A stretch of DNA of 64,000 bases from Balanoglossus misakiensis. Taxonomy: Eukaryota; Animalia; Hemichordata. A model generated the notes under the pieces. That model did no database searches and had not been told where the DNA came from. It saw only the letters and a list, made by a program, of their open reading frames with translations. This document shows positions 1 to 13,000 of this stretch, piece after piece; position 1 is the first letter of the stretch; the number at the start of each line of letters is the position of its first letter. Made by a program: the position numbers and the translations under genes. Where the stretch lies: NCBI GenBank assembly GCA_040954595.2, contig CM082581.2:10911099-10975098 (forward strand), given 5' to 3'.

Positions 1-3000
1 TACACCGCGGTTATTGATGATACGGGAACCACAGGTACATGAGAATAGCAATATCGCTTTATCAACTGTAACCGTGGTGAAATAATAAACTTTTTCATTG
101 AGACGTTTCGCTCATATTGGTCTCCAGCGTGAGACAAAACCAAGCTACCTCTGAGAGTAGGCGTGGTAAGGTAATTTGCATCGCGCTCGCTCCTTAAAAC
201 ATCATTTCCGAGCGGCACTTTGTTGCAGTTTCATGGGAAGTATCGCGTAATCACTTCAAAGACGGTTACATGGACCCCAATCACAATCCCTTCCTGGTCA
301 TCCGATATGTTATATAACTAACCCTTTCCGAGTAGGGGATGTATTTTAGACCCGCAGGTATGGGAAAAGTATTAAATTTCATTAAAATCCTCGAATCCGA
401 TAAAAAAAGTTCCCACAATGCGCGGTATAGAATGGCTAAGCGATGATATCAAGTTCCCAGTACCTACAGTTTGTACTAATTAAATAGTTAATATCACTGT
501 TGTGGATGTCGTTTATCCTTTTAGATACAAAGCTGTCAGATTATTAATGATAATTTGGAAATACACGTTAGACCTAAAATGCCAAAAGTTTTGCAGTTTT
601 TATATTGCCTAACACAGTGTAAATGCCTGATATGTAGGTCACATCTGGATGACAATATTAAATGTTTCCTGATCCCAATCATTAATTATTAATACACCAA
701 GCTTAAAATTTGTAAGAACGTAAGACGAGAGATTATAAGATATAGGTAACACTTATTAATTGTTAAAGAGGAAAGTGTTCTCTTGTGTAAGTTTGATTTA
801 AAAAAATGTTTCTAGTAAGTAGGCCTGCATACCCCGGTAGAAGGATTTGGTGACAGGCGTGGTGTATCAATAATATATTTTTTCAGTTTCTTGCACCAGG
901 CGTCAACACACTCCATTGTTCGACATGCCGAATTCAGTGGAGCGGTTCGAAGCAGGAAGTCAGTGATAAGCTCCTTTCCGATTCCTCTTCATTTTGAATA
1001 AATTATTCCCTTTCTTTCGCTTTGGAGCCACATACTGTATAATGCGCAAGATTTGCAGAAACTTTTGGCAACGTGGTTTACAGATCCCTGGCGCTGATCG
1101 TGCGATGTGCAATATTTAATGCGCATACAGATATAGCAACCAACACACCGGATGATATACATCGCACAGTGTATATAGCAGGCGATTCCCTAAACTGGTG
1201 GCGACTTGGTGAGACGATGATAAACGTCCATCCGTCCATCAATCCATTCATCCACCCCTCCCCTCCCTCTCTCCGATCATTTGACCGTCACAACTTGGTA
1301 CAGATACCGGAATGTACCGATTTCACTCTCCAATTCTCTCTCTCTCAGTAAATCGAACGTCGGTGTTCAAAGCCGCCTTCAGGCAGCAAGATTGCCGCGG
1401 CTTACCACGCACGATTGATCAATTCGGAAGAAAATCGTGCAAGCTTTTAATTAACTAGTTAAACTGTGAAAATGCAGAAGCTGTGATAAGCACGAGTCGA
1501 GTACGTGTTGTACATCACTTTGCGACAAACAAGGAAATGTTCTGATTTAAGGTGAATCGAGGAAAACAAGTGTATTTATTGCGTAGTCTTGTTTAAATTT
1601 TTCGACCACTGCTAGGCCAAATATTATTGCTGTTTTATGTGCACGCTCAATGACTAGGCCTACCATGCCTACACGTCGGTATTTAAGGGATCGACTGCGG
1701 CAGGGAACACAGTCAAGATAACCTTCTCATCAAAGACACATTACAAAATGCCACGCCAAAACCTATTAGTGTAAAGCTGGGTCGCGTTATTTTCAAAAGT
1801 AAAAAACAAAACAAAAAACAATCCACTAATGTACCGCCACAAAATAAATCTAATGCAGCGTTTATACAAAACATTCGCGATGATATTGTATTAATAACTG
1901 CATTCTATTTTTCATTCGATGCCATTAATTTTTGGGAATTTTAAAGATTGTAGTGGCTAATTTCTTTAAAGTCTCAGTGGAACCTGGACAATGAGATTGT
2001 TTGTGACGCACTCCCTTTTGTGTATTTATTCACTTCTATTATTGCATTAGTAGCTTCCAGCTGATGTAAAGAAGTTGTTGCCACTTTCGCGTTTTTAAAA
2101 TGGATATTCAATTATCTCGATAGCCTGCCGACACAGAAACGAATATATCGGTCGCGCTTGAATACCGTTCTCATGCCACAGCTTTGTGTTAATGTATCAC
2201 GCAATGGTACTACCCCACTGCATTTTTTTCAATCGATACTGCGTGTGATTTGTAAATTACAGTGGTTTTAGTGATTCTTTCTTCTGATTCACCGGTTTCT
2301 TGTACAATCACACGCCCGGCCGTCCACCTATTTAATGGACTGTGAAAAGGGATTGGGTGGTTTCATACTTAAAGTCTATTTTTAACTCGAGCACCGAACT
2401 TGAATTAGTTAACAGATGATGCCTTCACGAATAGACGCGAACTTTGGTTCTAAGAACTCTATGACTGAGACGATGCATAATCGGCAAAGGCTTTCAATTT
2501 CGCAAGCCTTCGTGGGCAGGAACCCGCGTTCTTTAACTTCACTTGGCGACATTTAATCTCTACTTTGAAATATATGACGATTCGAGTGAAAGTAACATTG
2601 TGATTGCTGTCTCTAAAATGTCGATTTCACCGACGTATGCCCACGACTAATACTCGGACGACTTTCACGGGAAGACGTTTCCTAAACATCCCGCGCAAAG
2701 CCCCCTGGCTAGCTTTAGTTAGCGGACGTAATCCAACATTATAAACAGGATTATTGGGAAATATCGCCGCTTTATGATAATCCCTTCTTAGCGTTAATCA
2801 CCCTCAGTGCCGGCACGTTGTACATGTCAACCTGACAAGATGGTGACCGCCCCTATCGGCTCGTTTCCCGTGAGTCTTTGCAGACATAGTCGCTGTTTGC
2901 TGATGTGAGAGAGATGCAGTTCTGCAGGAAGTATCCTAGGCACAACTTGTGCTCTGCACCGCGCTGCGTGGGTTTTCGTTGTATACTTACTGAGCAGACG

Positions 3001-3277
3001 TAGGAAGAAGCTTGGTAGCTGGAAATGTCATCCTCCCTGCTATGATCAACCGTTGACTCGGCTGCCCGGAGAACTTTGAAATTATTACAATCATCTTCTA
3101 TATAACACATCACGCTCGAGACCGGCGCTCAGAAACGTTGCCATGGTGACGTTGCATCGGAAAGAAGTCGATAGTGCCAACGTAGAGTGTGGTTTCTTGC
3201 CACATCATAGGCCGAGTCTCTCGGGAAGCTTGTCAGATTTGTAAGGGCCTTCTGTTTCCGCCGCACCTGCCGGAGAA

Positions 3278-4366
3278 ATGCCCTGGCTGAACAACACAAC
3301 GGCGACGGACGGTTTTATACCGGGAGAAATTTCGGCCCGCGGAGCCGCGGTGGGGTTTATCGCGTGCCTGATCATGCTGGTGATCGTTCTCGGGAACGCC
3401 ACGGTGGTGCTGGTCGTCTCCTCCAACAAGAAGCTGCAGACGCGCACAAACTGCTTCATCGTCAGCCTGGCCGTGGCCGACTTCTGCGTCGGCATGTTCG
3501 TCATGCCGCCCGCCCTGCTGCTGGAGCTGACGGGCGGCTACTGGCCGTGGAGCGACACCGTGTGCACCAGCTGGGTGTCTCTAGACGTCATGTGCTCAAC
3601 AGCGTCGATCCTGAACCTCTGTGTCGTCGGCCTCGACAGACTCATGGCCATCACGTCACCCTTCAGTTACGACACCAAGAGATCGGCGGCGCGCACGGTC
3701 ATGATGCTGTCTTCGGTCTGGCTCGGCTCGGCGCTGATCTCCTTCCTGCCGATTTCGCTCGGCTGGTACAAATCATCCGAGTACACCCCGTCACCTCACC
3801 AGTGTCTCTTCATACCGAACGTTCCGTACGCAATACTTTCTTCTTGCGTTTCATTCTATATACCTCTAGTGGTAATGGTGTGTACTTATTACAGTATTTT
3901 CCGCGCCGCACAGCGTCAGTCGCGCCAGGTGTCGTCGCTGGATGCGTCAAACTTCCAAATGGGGATAAACGTCATCAGCGTCAAAGTCGGAGACGAACTG
4001 CGGGAGAGCGACCGTCGGAAGCTGGCCACCATTTTAGCCAGGGAGAGGAAAGCTTTCAAATCTCTCGGCATCATCATGGCCGTCTTTGTCTTGTGCTGGT
4101 TTCCCTTCTTTGTCTGCAACGTAGTGGCTCCCGTCTGCATGGGCTGTGTTTCGCCACTGCTGGCTAGTACAGTCACCTGGCTTGGATGGGTCAACTCCGT
4201 GTTCAATCCAATCATATACGCGTTTCTGAACCGGGACTTCCGCAAGGCAGCCGTGATCTTGGTCACGTGTCGCCGTTGCCGACAGACCACCGCCGACCGA
4301 CAGGTGATGCCAACATCCGACTTGGAAACAGCAGCCCATTCAAAACCGACCCAAACTCAGAAATGA
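3278..4366 (+). CDS. Class A (rhodopsin-like) biogenic amine GPCR, D1-like dopamine receptor-like; intronless CDS, 362 aa
   Basis: 7 hydrophobic segments; GN (TM1), SLAVAD (TM2), amine-binding Asp in SLDVMCSTASILNLC (TM3), DRL in place of DRY, TM5 serines SSCVSFYIP, CWFPFF (TM6), WLGWVNS..NPIIY (TM7), short ICL3, N-terminal NxT sequons. Confidence 0.9.
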   Translation: MPWLNNTTATDGFIPGEISARGAAVGFIACLIMLVIVLGNATVVLVVSSNKKLQTRTNCFIVSLAVADFCVGMFVMPPALLLELTGGYWPWSDTVCTSWVSLDVMCSTASILNLCVVGLDRLMAITSPFSYDTKRSAARTVMMLSSVWLGSALISFLPISLGWYKSSEYTPSPHQCLFIPNVPYAILSSCVSFYIPLVVMVCTYYSIFRAAQRQSRQVSSLDASNFQMGINVISVKVGDELRESDRRKLATILARERKAFKSLGIIMAVFVLCWFPFFVCNVVAPVCMGCVSPLLASTVTWLGWVNSVFNPIIYAFLNRDFRKAAVILVTCRRCRQTTADRQVMPTSDLETAAHSKPTQTQK

Positions 4367-6989
4367 GACAGTTCGGAGGCCAATTAAAAAAAACCCTGCA
4401 GGACACCATTCAGAGAGAACATTTTGAAGGGTAACGTTTATACCAAGTCGGACCTTGTGACCATATATTTTCCTACAAAAATTTTAATATATATTTTCAT
4501 GGAAATTCGACACTGATTTATATTTGGGATTTATATTCCAAGGTATCATATATAAGAATATGTAGCAAGTATTTTTAAGTTCTTTTACAGTCGCTTTGAT
4601 TCCTGTATAGTCCTGTTAACTCTGATATTACACAAAGTTTACACGTTGTGGTCATTTATTTCGTCGAGTGGAGCCTCACAGTCATGTCTGAACGGAACAG
4701 AGCTAAAATATCTGGGTATCGTTTGCAGAAAAGGGATTGAATAAAGTTTACCCGCTCACGCAAAGGTTGGAACAGTGTTTGGTGATTTTGAGTATAGGCA
4801 AGTTCCTTAGGAAAAATTGTTAGAGCGAAGTTTTCTACGGTTTGCGCATCTACGCGAAACAAAGAAATATAGGTCTCGTTCACTCTGGCTGACGAAGTGA
4901 TGTTGTCCTCTTACAGTTCCACCAATTCATGGCGGTTGTCACGGAAACCAAAATAACGCTACTTTTCACTCGGCCTGCATGGAAAGACATCGAAGTCGAT
5001 GTATCTGAAAACAGTCGCCGAACGTGTTGGAAAGTCCATCATTCACCCCAAGTTGGCAGATGTACGATAAACACGCAGCGCTCTAAAGCGTACAACACAA
5101 AGCCATTGACACACATTTACGAAGAGTCGAAGATGGCCATTTACGTTGAAATCACGGCCGATGAATGCTATTTCGCTGCTGAATGAAACGATGTAGAGCG
5201 GGCTCGAGTTTCCACAAACTGTGTCACTTAAATCTTATCAAATTTGGCATTGTTAAACAAAGGACGCCATCGATAAGCATGCACGAAAGTGGTATTGTAA
5301 GAGGTTAATTTCTGAAGCACATATTTTCTCGACAGATATAAAACACGCATAGCAAGATTTTTTTTTTAAAATCACGGACACCTGGTACAACCACTTAACA
5401 GTGGTTAATGATGTCCCCTTTCTCATTGCCGTTTTCCTTCTGAGCTTCTTCCTTGAGCCAGGTAATGCGTTACCTTGAATGATGATTGGTGGACCCACTT
5501 TGACGTATTGCTCCATTCAGTGAATTAAATTTTGCATTGGTTTCGGTAATGAAATCCATAAAACTGATAACGAACAAACATAAAGGCCGTGAACCGTTTT
5601 ATGGAAAAAAACAGCATCTCAATGAAAAAGCAGATAATAATAATTGTATAGGCAGTGAACCATCTAACGGGAAAAACACCGGGAAACTATTTATGGGTAA
5701 TGAATAACGCTTATCACAGAGTATTATGCTCGGCGCTTCGTATAACGGTGTGTATATACAATTACTGAACACATGGTGATTTTGCATGATCATCACAATT
5801 TTCCACTAGTCTGTATTTAAAATCACCAACACCTCGTCTTTTCGTTTTATTTTGATTAGTTTATTTTTAAACAAAGATTATATGTTAATGTGCCTATGAA
5901 GAATAAATATCTTACTTTTACATTAATGTAGACGTGTACCACAGAAGAGAATGTATATATGCGACATACTTTAAAAGTTAATCTTCTATGCGCGTATACC
6001 TCTGTATGGAAGATAAACAAATTATGTCCGTGAAAAGATGCGTTATATAACCCTTGATATTTATGAGTTTTTGTGACTGACGCAGAAGACGTGAATTTCT
6101 ATATTGGAAAATCGTGGATGCATGAAATGACGATTTCATCTGGCGAATTGCTTTTACTCGAGCTGAATTGAAAAGTCTTGATAAAGCAATATCAAGAATG
6201 ATATTAACCGAGTCGTCTTTTCTTGTTTCGGTGTCTTATAATCTGCCGTTGGTAATGATGTATACATAATATGAACTTCTGCTGACACCCGATTCACCGA
6301 CTCTGATGTAAAATTGCTTTTGCGAGCCCAAATGGCGTTTTCCGATATTTGTTATTTTTTCTCGTATTTTTCGTGATTATCGGCGACACCTGTAAAGCCT
6401 CACCTATCCCGTTTAATTGAGTTCATATCACAAGGATGTGTGACGTCGACGTTGACTTTTCAGTTTGAAGCGACGATCGTCATCGCGTCATGGCATACAT
6501 GTACTTGACGAACAGAAGAAGCCTTTTCCCCCTGCTGTTATATTCCGCACGTGTCGTCAGACAAAATATGCACACACAATAAGACGTCAAAAACACACAC
6601 GTGCCATTCGGGTGACGTAGAACGTACGAACGAGGTTATGATTGTTCGCGCGTAAACTGTGAGATGTGCAGCTGAGAGTTGGTATAGGTATAGACATTTT
6701 GAAGTCCTACAAAAGTACATGTCCTCATTTTGGTAGTTCACCATGCCTTCATTATGCCTAACATCACACGTTCAAACTCAGAAGGCCGTGAAAGGAATGG
6801 AGCGTGCATTGCTCAAAGCCGTACAAGCTACCACTTTTGTCCCGATTACAAAACACTTCAATCTTCTCCTCCTCCTCCGCCGATGGACGACATTATTCTG
6901 AATTTGTGTGGATTCTAGTACATCGGTAATCTGAATAGACGGGTGCGACGGCCGTTTATTATTTAACTTGTTCGCATTTAATCGTGCAG

Positions 6990-6990
<1 letters not shown>

Positions 6991-7020
<30 letters not shown>
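6991..7020. repeat. (CT)n microsatellite
   Basis: ctctccctctctctctctctctctctctct. Confidence 0.9.
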
Positions 7021-10000
7021 ATGGCACCACGATGACCATGAAGTTAAACGCACGTCGATAGCAAAAAGATTTCAAGCACAAACAGAAAGCCGAATGAAAC
7101 ACTTACTGAATTATGAAGCCGATAACTACTACTGGTCTTTCAAATAACAAATTCACTATTTTTTTCTCAAAGAGATTATTGTTATGCATATGAAAAAAAA
7201 AACACCCACAAAGCTAGTCGTGATCCACCCCCAAATCCTGATACACAATATGGTAATCAGTCAGTCACTGTGCGGCTGGACTCGTATTGGGAAATTACAA
7301 AGACTGCCGCGTTGTGGTTTACAATGCAGTTTCTTCACAGGTCACACACGAAAATCCTCTAGTGATATGAAAGTTTTTAGAAGGGATCCATCTTGGCGGA
7401 TAATTCAAGTTTATTACATAGGCTAACAGATATAAAATCTCGCCGGCGCTAATGGAGTGAATTGCCGCGGGATAGGCCTATGTACGCCACACATATACCA
7501 TTTCAATATTTACATTCCATAATTATTTGAATGACATCAATCGTATTTAAACTCTCTACACCGGCACATAGAGCGTGTTGGCACATACTCAGTATTTCCT
7601 GACGTCACACGCGTCCTGGATCCAAAGCAAACATCTGTCATACCCAGAAGGGAGAATTGGTAAACCTTAACTCCTTTCATTCACAGATGTTAAATTGTGA
7701 AGATGTGAAGATTATAAACGCAACAAATATGCAAAATGAACACATTGAGATTCTTTCAAAATGAAGGAAAGATTAACAACTGCGGGAATGGAGTATCGGG
7801 ATGGGAATGCCTGAGGGGGAAGATAAAAAATCGGTGGAATTTAGAGCAGGAAGAAGATTCGCCGGTAGATCTTGTCGATATCCCTGTAGCTCATGTCTTG
7901 AGGGAACAGAATGTTTAGCGTTTTAATCATTTGGAGTCGGAGCTATTTGCTCAGTCATAGAACCGTTGCCAGACATCATTTCGGGTCTCAAAATTACCAC
8001 AACTTGTAAGCGTTCACGGAGGTTTGGAATGTCCAGAAACAGTATATTCTGTGCGATGTTTTAAAAATACGTCTTGCTTTGATAGCGTTCGGTGGTTGCC
8101 TTCGCGTGGGTCGCCCAGTAGATACAGATGACATTGCCGGTGGAATGGGTCATCTTCCGTCAGATGGGATTCGACCGGCCGGTAATTTGAGTAGTGCTGC
8201 AGTTGTCGCCAGGGAAGAACATGATAGTGCGTTATTTATATCGGAAGGGTTAGTGCGATTCACCGATGTTTTGTGGGGTGAATGTTATTATATAAGAGCA
8301 GCGTGTGAACAAAGCAAAGCTGCCGTGAAACCTAGCGTGTTTGCCATAGTTGCTAATAAAGTTCCTCTCGACAATTCGCAGAAAAATGTGTCAAACCCTT
8401 CCCTGTGCGTTACTTGTAAATGTCAAGAGATGCATATCACAGTGGAAGTAAATGCAGCCGAAAGGCTTCGCGCAACAGTAAGGAGGACCAACAAAAGTGC
8501 CCCTGGGCCAGTCAACTATAGGATAGCGCGAATCCATCAACCCCCTCCCCAATTTTCGATAATATCAATGGAGAACGCATGACTTTTAAAACTACTCAGC
8601 AAATAACGCAAAGCACACCTATAACTTTTTGCCATTTGCATTCACGCTATCTCCGCGAAATTACAGGTTCATATAAACACAGACATATAAACTTTCAGAT
8701 TGATATTAACCTCCGGTGTTGTGTTTGCCTCGTTGCATATGGATTCATGAGTAATCAGTCCAACACATTCCTAATATGCGCTGTCGTCTGTTCAAACACG
8801 AAGGGGGCATGGAAGCTAGCCGTTGCTGCGGCAACTGGCACGTACAGACAGGGCGGCCATTTTTATTTCAAAACGAATATAGTCAACTCGAACTCGTGAC
8901 CTGCAGTTATTTGCTCGTGAACAAGCTATTGGACAAAATCATAAAGAACTGATAGATGTATGCCTTTTTCTCCCTTGGAGGAGTGGAGAATGTTAGCTTC
9001 CGCTCGGACTCACCGCTGAGTTTGAGATAATCTTCTTGCATGCGTGTTTTTGAAGTTTCCGAAGTAGCCTTGGGGGAAAACGTTACCCATCATTAAACGA
9101 ATTGTCATTTCTTCTTGCATCGCGAATAGTGAAAAAACACGAAAGAGGAGATATTCGGCCATGTTTTGAGGCAATGATGATCGCGCCCAACCTTTTGATT
9201 TTATGTAGTCTACACGAATGGAGGTAAAATCCCGTTTCTACGAAAAGGGACGATTTTTTTTCTTGTTTTCTGAATTCCCGTCGAATGTTGTAATAGGCGA
9301 ACAGTTCTTCCGGGCAGTCTACTACTGCGAGCAACGTCTAGACGGAAAAGAAAAAAAAATAAGCGGATGTAATCTTATCTCGCTGGATCATGCAGGCATG
9401 ATCGCGTTTATAATTACCTGAGCAATGGAAATTCTAGCATTTACTTGAGCGATATATTTAAGCGATTTGATGCCTTGTCGCTTTGTTTCAGTCTTTATCT
9501 CTGCGTTTCTGGTAATATTATACTCAACGGTAACATAAACTGGGCGACCTATTGTCTGGTGACCTGTTCAGGCTAACTCTGGTTATCTGTTATAAGCAAC
9601 TGGTAGCACAAGAAAATTAGTTTCTTGGAAGTGTGCGCTTACTGTTCCATACGCATTTCCTTATTAAAGCCGCAAGATTTCAGGAAAAGGCCGCGGGTGG
9701 CTAAAGCTTCAAATCGATCGCGTTCTCAAGGTCATCAATAACGCGAATTTCCATCGCCTATATATAGTTTCACATCATTACGACGGTTACAGTGTGTGTC
9801 ACCCAGCCTAGGCAGCAGTTAGGACACACAGACAGCAGAGGTGCCAAATTCCAAGAAATAGATTGGACTCAATTTGTTTACAGTGCAGCTTGCTTTGGTT
9901 TATTTTTTTCAAAAAACATGGGGCTTTAGTCAACTACAGTCTTGCTAACATCATCAGCGAGACAAGTAACCCAGCACCTCCGACTCGGGGGAGTCTGTTA

Positions 10001-13000
10001 TGTAAACCCTCAAATTAGTCTAATAAGTTCCCTTTTTTATAAATATGATGTTCTCGCCGTGTATGTCTATACATAAAGGCAAATGTGACCATATAAATAT
10101 AATCTGCTGTTACAGTGCCAGCACGCATCAAGTTTCAATAAACCAGGCATCTGTCCAAAGAAATTGCAAATGTAAAATCGCGCAGCTCCATGCGCAATAA
10201 TACGCGGCGTGGAAATCAGTAGGCCAATAACCTGTCAGAAGGAGGTATAAGGTGTAATCAAACCATACGTTATTGTTGTTCTGATCATAACATGGTGTAC
10301 ACAAAAAAGAGCATTGCGATTGCATGATGCTTGTGTCATTTGATATACACACACATAGTCGTTATGATTCACCGGTTCGTTAATAAAAACACCGACAAAG
10401 ACATCGAAACCAGCAAATCCACCACCATGCTGTTTAACGTAATACTTTTTTTCATACATGTCATTGTATCTGTCATGAAATGAGCGTATCTTGGTAACCG
10501 AAGCTTGGAAAGCAGACCGAAAAAAAATCAACATACAAAAGATATTGCCAATTTGTAAGGATATGCATACAGTGGCTAATAGAATTGGAGAAATAATATC
10601 TATGAAATTCGTGTGCAAATAACCGTTGGTGTTATGTTTCACTGTCATTGTAGATGTTGCTGCAAATTCTATGTGTAATAATTAATACGTCGTTTTTTCA
10701 TGACAACACAAGACAGGGTCTTAAATGTTATTGTCAACATATAACGGTACAATTTACGGGTGTAGTCGGTGTTGACTAGCCATATAGATCTGACATCTGT
10801 TATGCACAGCCGTATGACCAACTCGTTTGGGGTGGAAATACATGGCCATGTTATTTTGTGCCTGCATTTCACTTGGTGTTGATGTCGGTCTGAGCAGCAG
10901 CCGTAGTGAAATCGTGTTATCTATGGGAGTACAAACTTCAATGTTTGCTTTCTAAGTAAAAGGTCATCAATTGAAACTAGTCTTTAAACCTCTCACTGCT
11001 TGACGTGCTTGAAGTGGTAAAGAAGAATTCAGAACAATCAAATTGTATTGCAGGTATATCGTTCTCGCTTCTGGCAGGACGTTCGCTGACAGTTGAACCC
11101 TGATTCCAGAATTGAAAGTGTCATACTATATGCAATTCAACGTCTAAAGGCGTAGTGAAGTAGAAGGGTAAACGTTCAAACTACACACACTGCACCCAAA
11201 GGATATTAAAGTCTGACAGTTTTTATTGCAGTGGTGAGAAAAAAAAACACAGAATACAAGTATTGGCGACGGAGCACCGCCGTGCATATAAATCTTTGTC
11301 TTAAAAACACTTGTATGAAGATACATACTCAGTTTAAGTGAACGAGAATCGCCTCTAAATTAAAGCAATCGCGGGGTTGTGCATGTAAAAGGAGGTTTTC
11401 TGACGTGAATTATGTGGGCACAATATTAACTTGAAGTTCGTATACTCTCTCCCTATGTGCTTCCCACACATTAATCATGGTGAATATTTTGACATTTAAT
11501 ATCTGATATCATGTCATAATATGAACTATAATATAGCAAATGTGTGACATTCATGAGCGTGTAGCGCAGAGGGATATTAGGCTACACCGTGGTTGTTGTT
11601 TTTCTCATGGGTGTGCTACTTGCTTGTTTACGACAGCTCCACTTATCCCTGCTCCTGGCTAGAGTCCAACGCTTCAATGACGCGACTTATGGGACGTAAC
11701 AGATAATACGTGATAAGGTATTTACCTTATTGCGGGATCGATCCCGCGATATGCTTATCGCGAAATTTGACGCACGGCGAACGAATTTAGTTGTGACACC
11801 CCACGCTGACCCTGTACACGAAGATATTGCGTATCTCATGCGCCAGTATTTATGATAAATATTCTCTGACGTGTGTTCAGCAGATTTCAGTGAGTAAACA
11901 ACACGACAAACCCACAGAAACCATAAAATGATACCACAAGCCTGATCCTATTTCTTATTTATACAGTACAACAATAGCTTAGTACGTCTCCATTCACCAG
12001 ATCCGTGCCTGACAACACGAAAAAGCAAACCTCGAGATATTTCGAAAGTATATTAGCTTATAATGCTAATCCAGCCCCGTCTCCAAGTTTTTATGGATTT
12101 GATAGAGAGTCAAGTAAGGAGAAAATGACAGACGAGAGTCTGAATGGAAACGAAGGAATCGCTGGAAGGATCTCGAAATGATTTATAAGCTTGGGTTTGA
12201 TTATAGCTTAGATGAGAAAAGGTGGATGGTGCGGATGAATCAGGCGCGTTCTTTCTTTTCGCCTGTTTGTGCCACTGTTGAGAGAATCGTCACGGTCCAT
12301 CGACCTTTGGATCGATTACAGAACGATGACTCCATTAGTGTGCAGAGCATGTCCGCCAGTCACACAATCATCGATGGCTTATCGATGAAAACAGCAAGAA
12401 CAATGCCGGAATTTGGCATTTTCGAATGAGGAGTTGAAGTAACGCGGTTGTCTAGCGTGCAAATATCATGCTGTCTTTGTGGATACAAGCACCCTTATCT
12501 ATAGGGGCCATCAATAGCCGCCAATCAGGTCTGATAATGCACATCTGCGTTCGATACAAGTGTGTTGGAGTTCTGTTACCTTGTTGTGTGTTGCCATGCG
12601 TCCGACACATGCACCATCTGGCTTATTTTGCCCAGAATCCACTTACCCAATCAAAGTTAGATGTTTCGGGGGAATTTTGCCGGATTTTTGGTTGCAAGAA
12701 TGTTAGCACATGTTGCGAAAAACTTGTGTACCATTTTCATTTGTGAAATTTAAATCACTCTGCACTGAAACGTTGAAGGTAAAATCAGCTGTACGCAGGT
12801 GTCTGGTGGAGTAAAGTTGTTGAACTTTATGCATTTTTTCGCGTGTAAAGGTCGAGATCGGCATGGCTTAGCGAATACAGCGGCATACACCTCGCTTTGC
12901 CAATGAAATATTCAGTCTGAAATCCGAGATTTTGACGCCCTTGAGGCTTGTCCTTTTAAGATGCTTTTTCTCACGCGCTGGTAGTGATGGTAATCGCGCA

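Noticed and set aside
3364-4339. Long overlapping ORFs (267 aa +, 124 and 101 aa -) on the GPCR
   Set aside because: Shadow ORFs expected from high GC3 coding sequence; no recognisable motifs
8079-8899. 167-aa and 106-aa ORFs in the gene-free tract
   Set aside because: No recognisable domain, codon bias or consistent splice structure; the first lacks an ATG at the listed start
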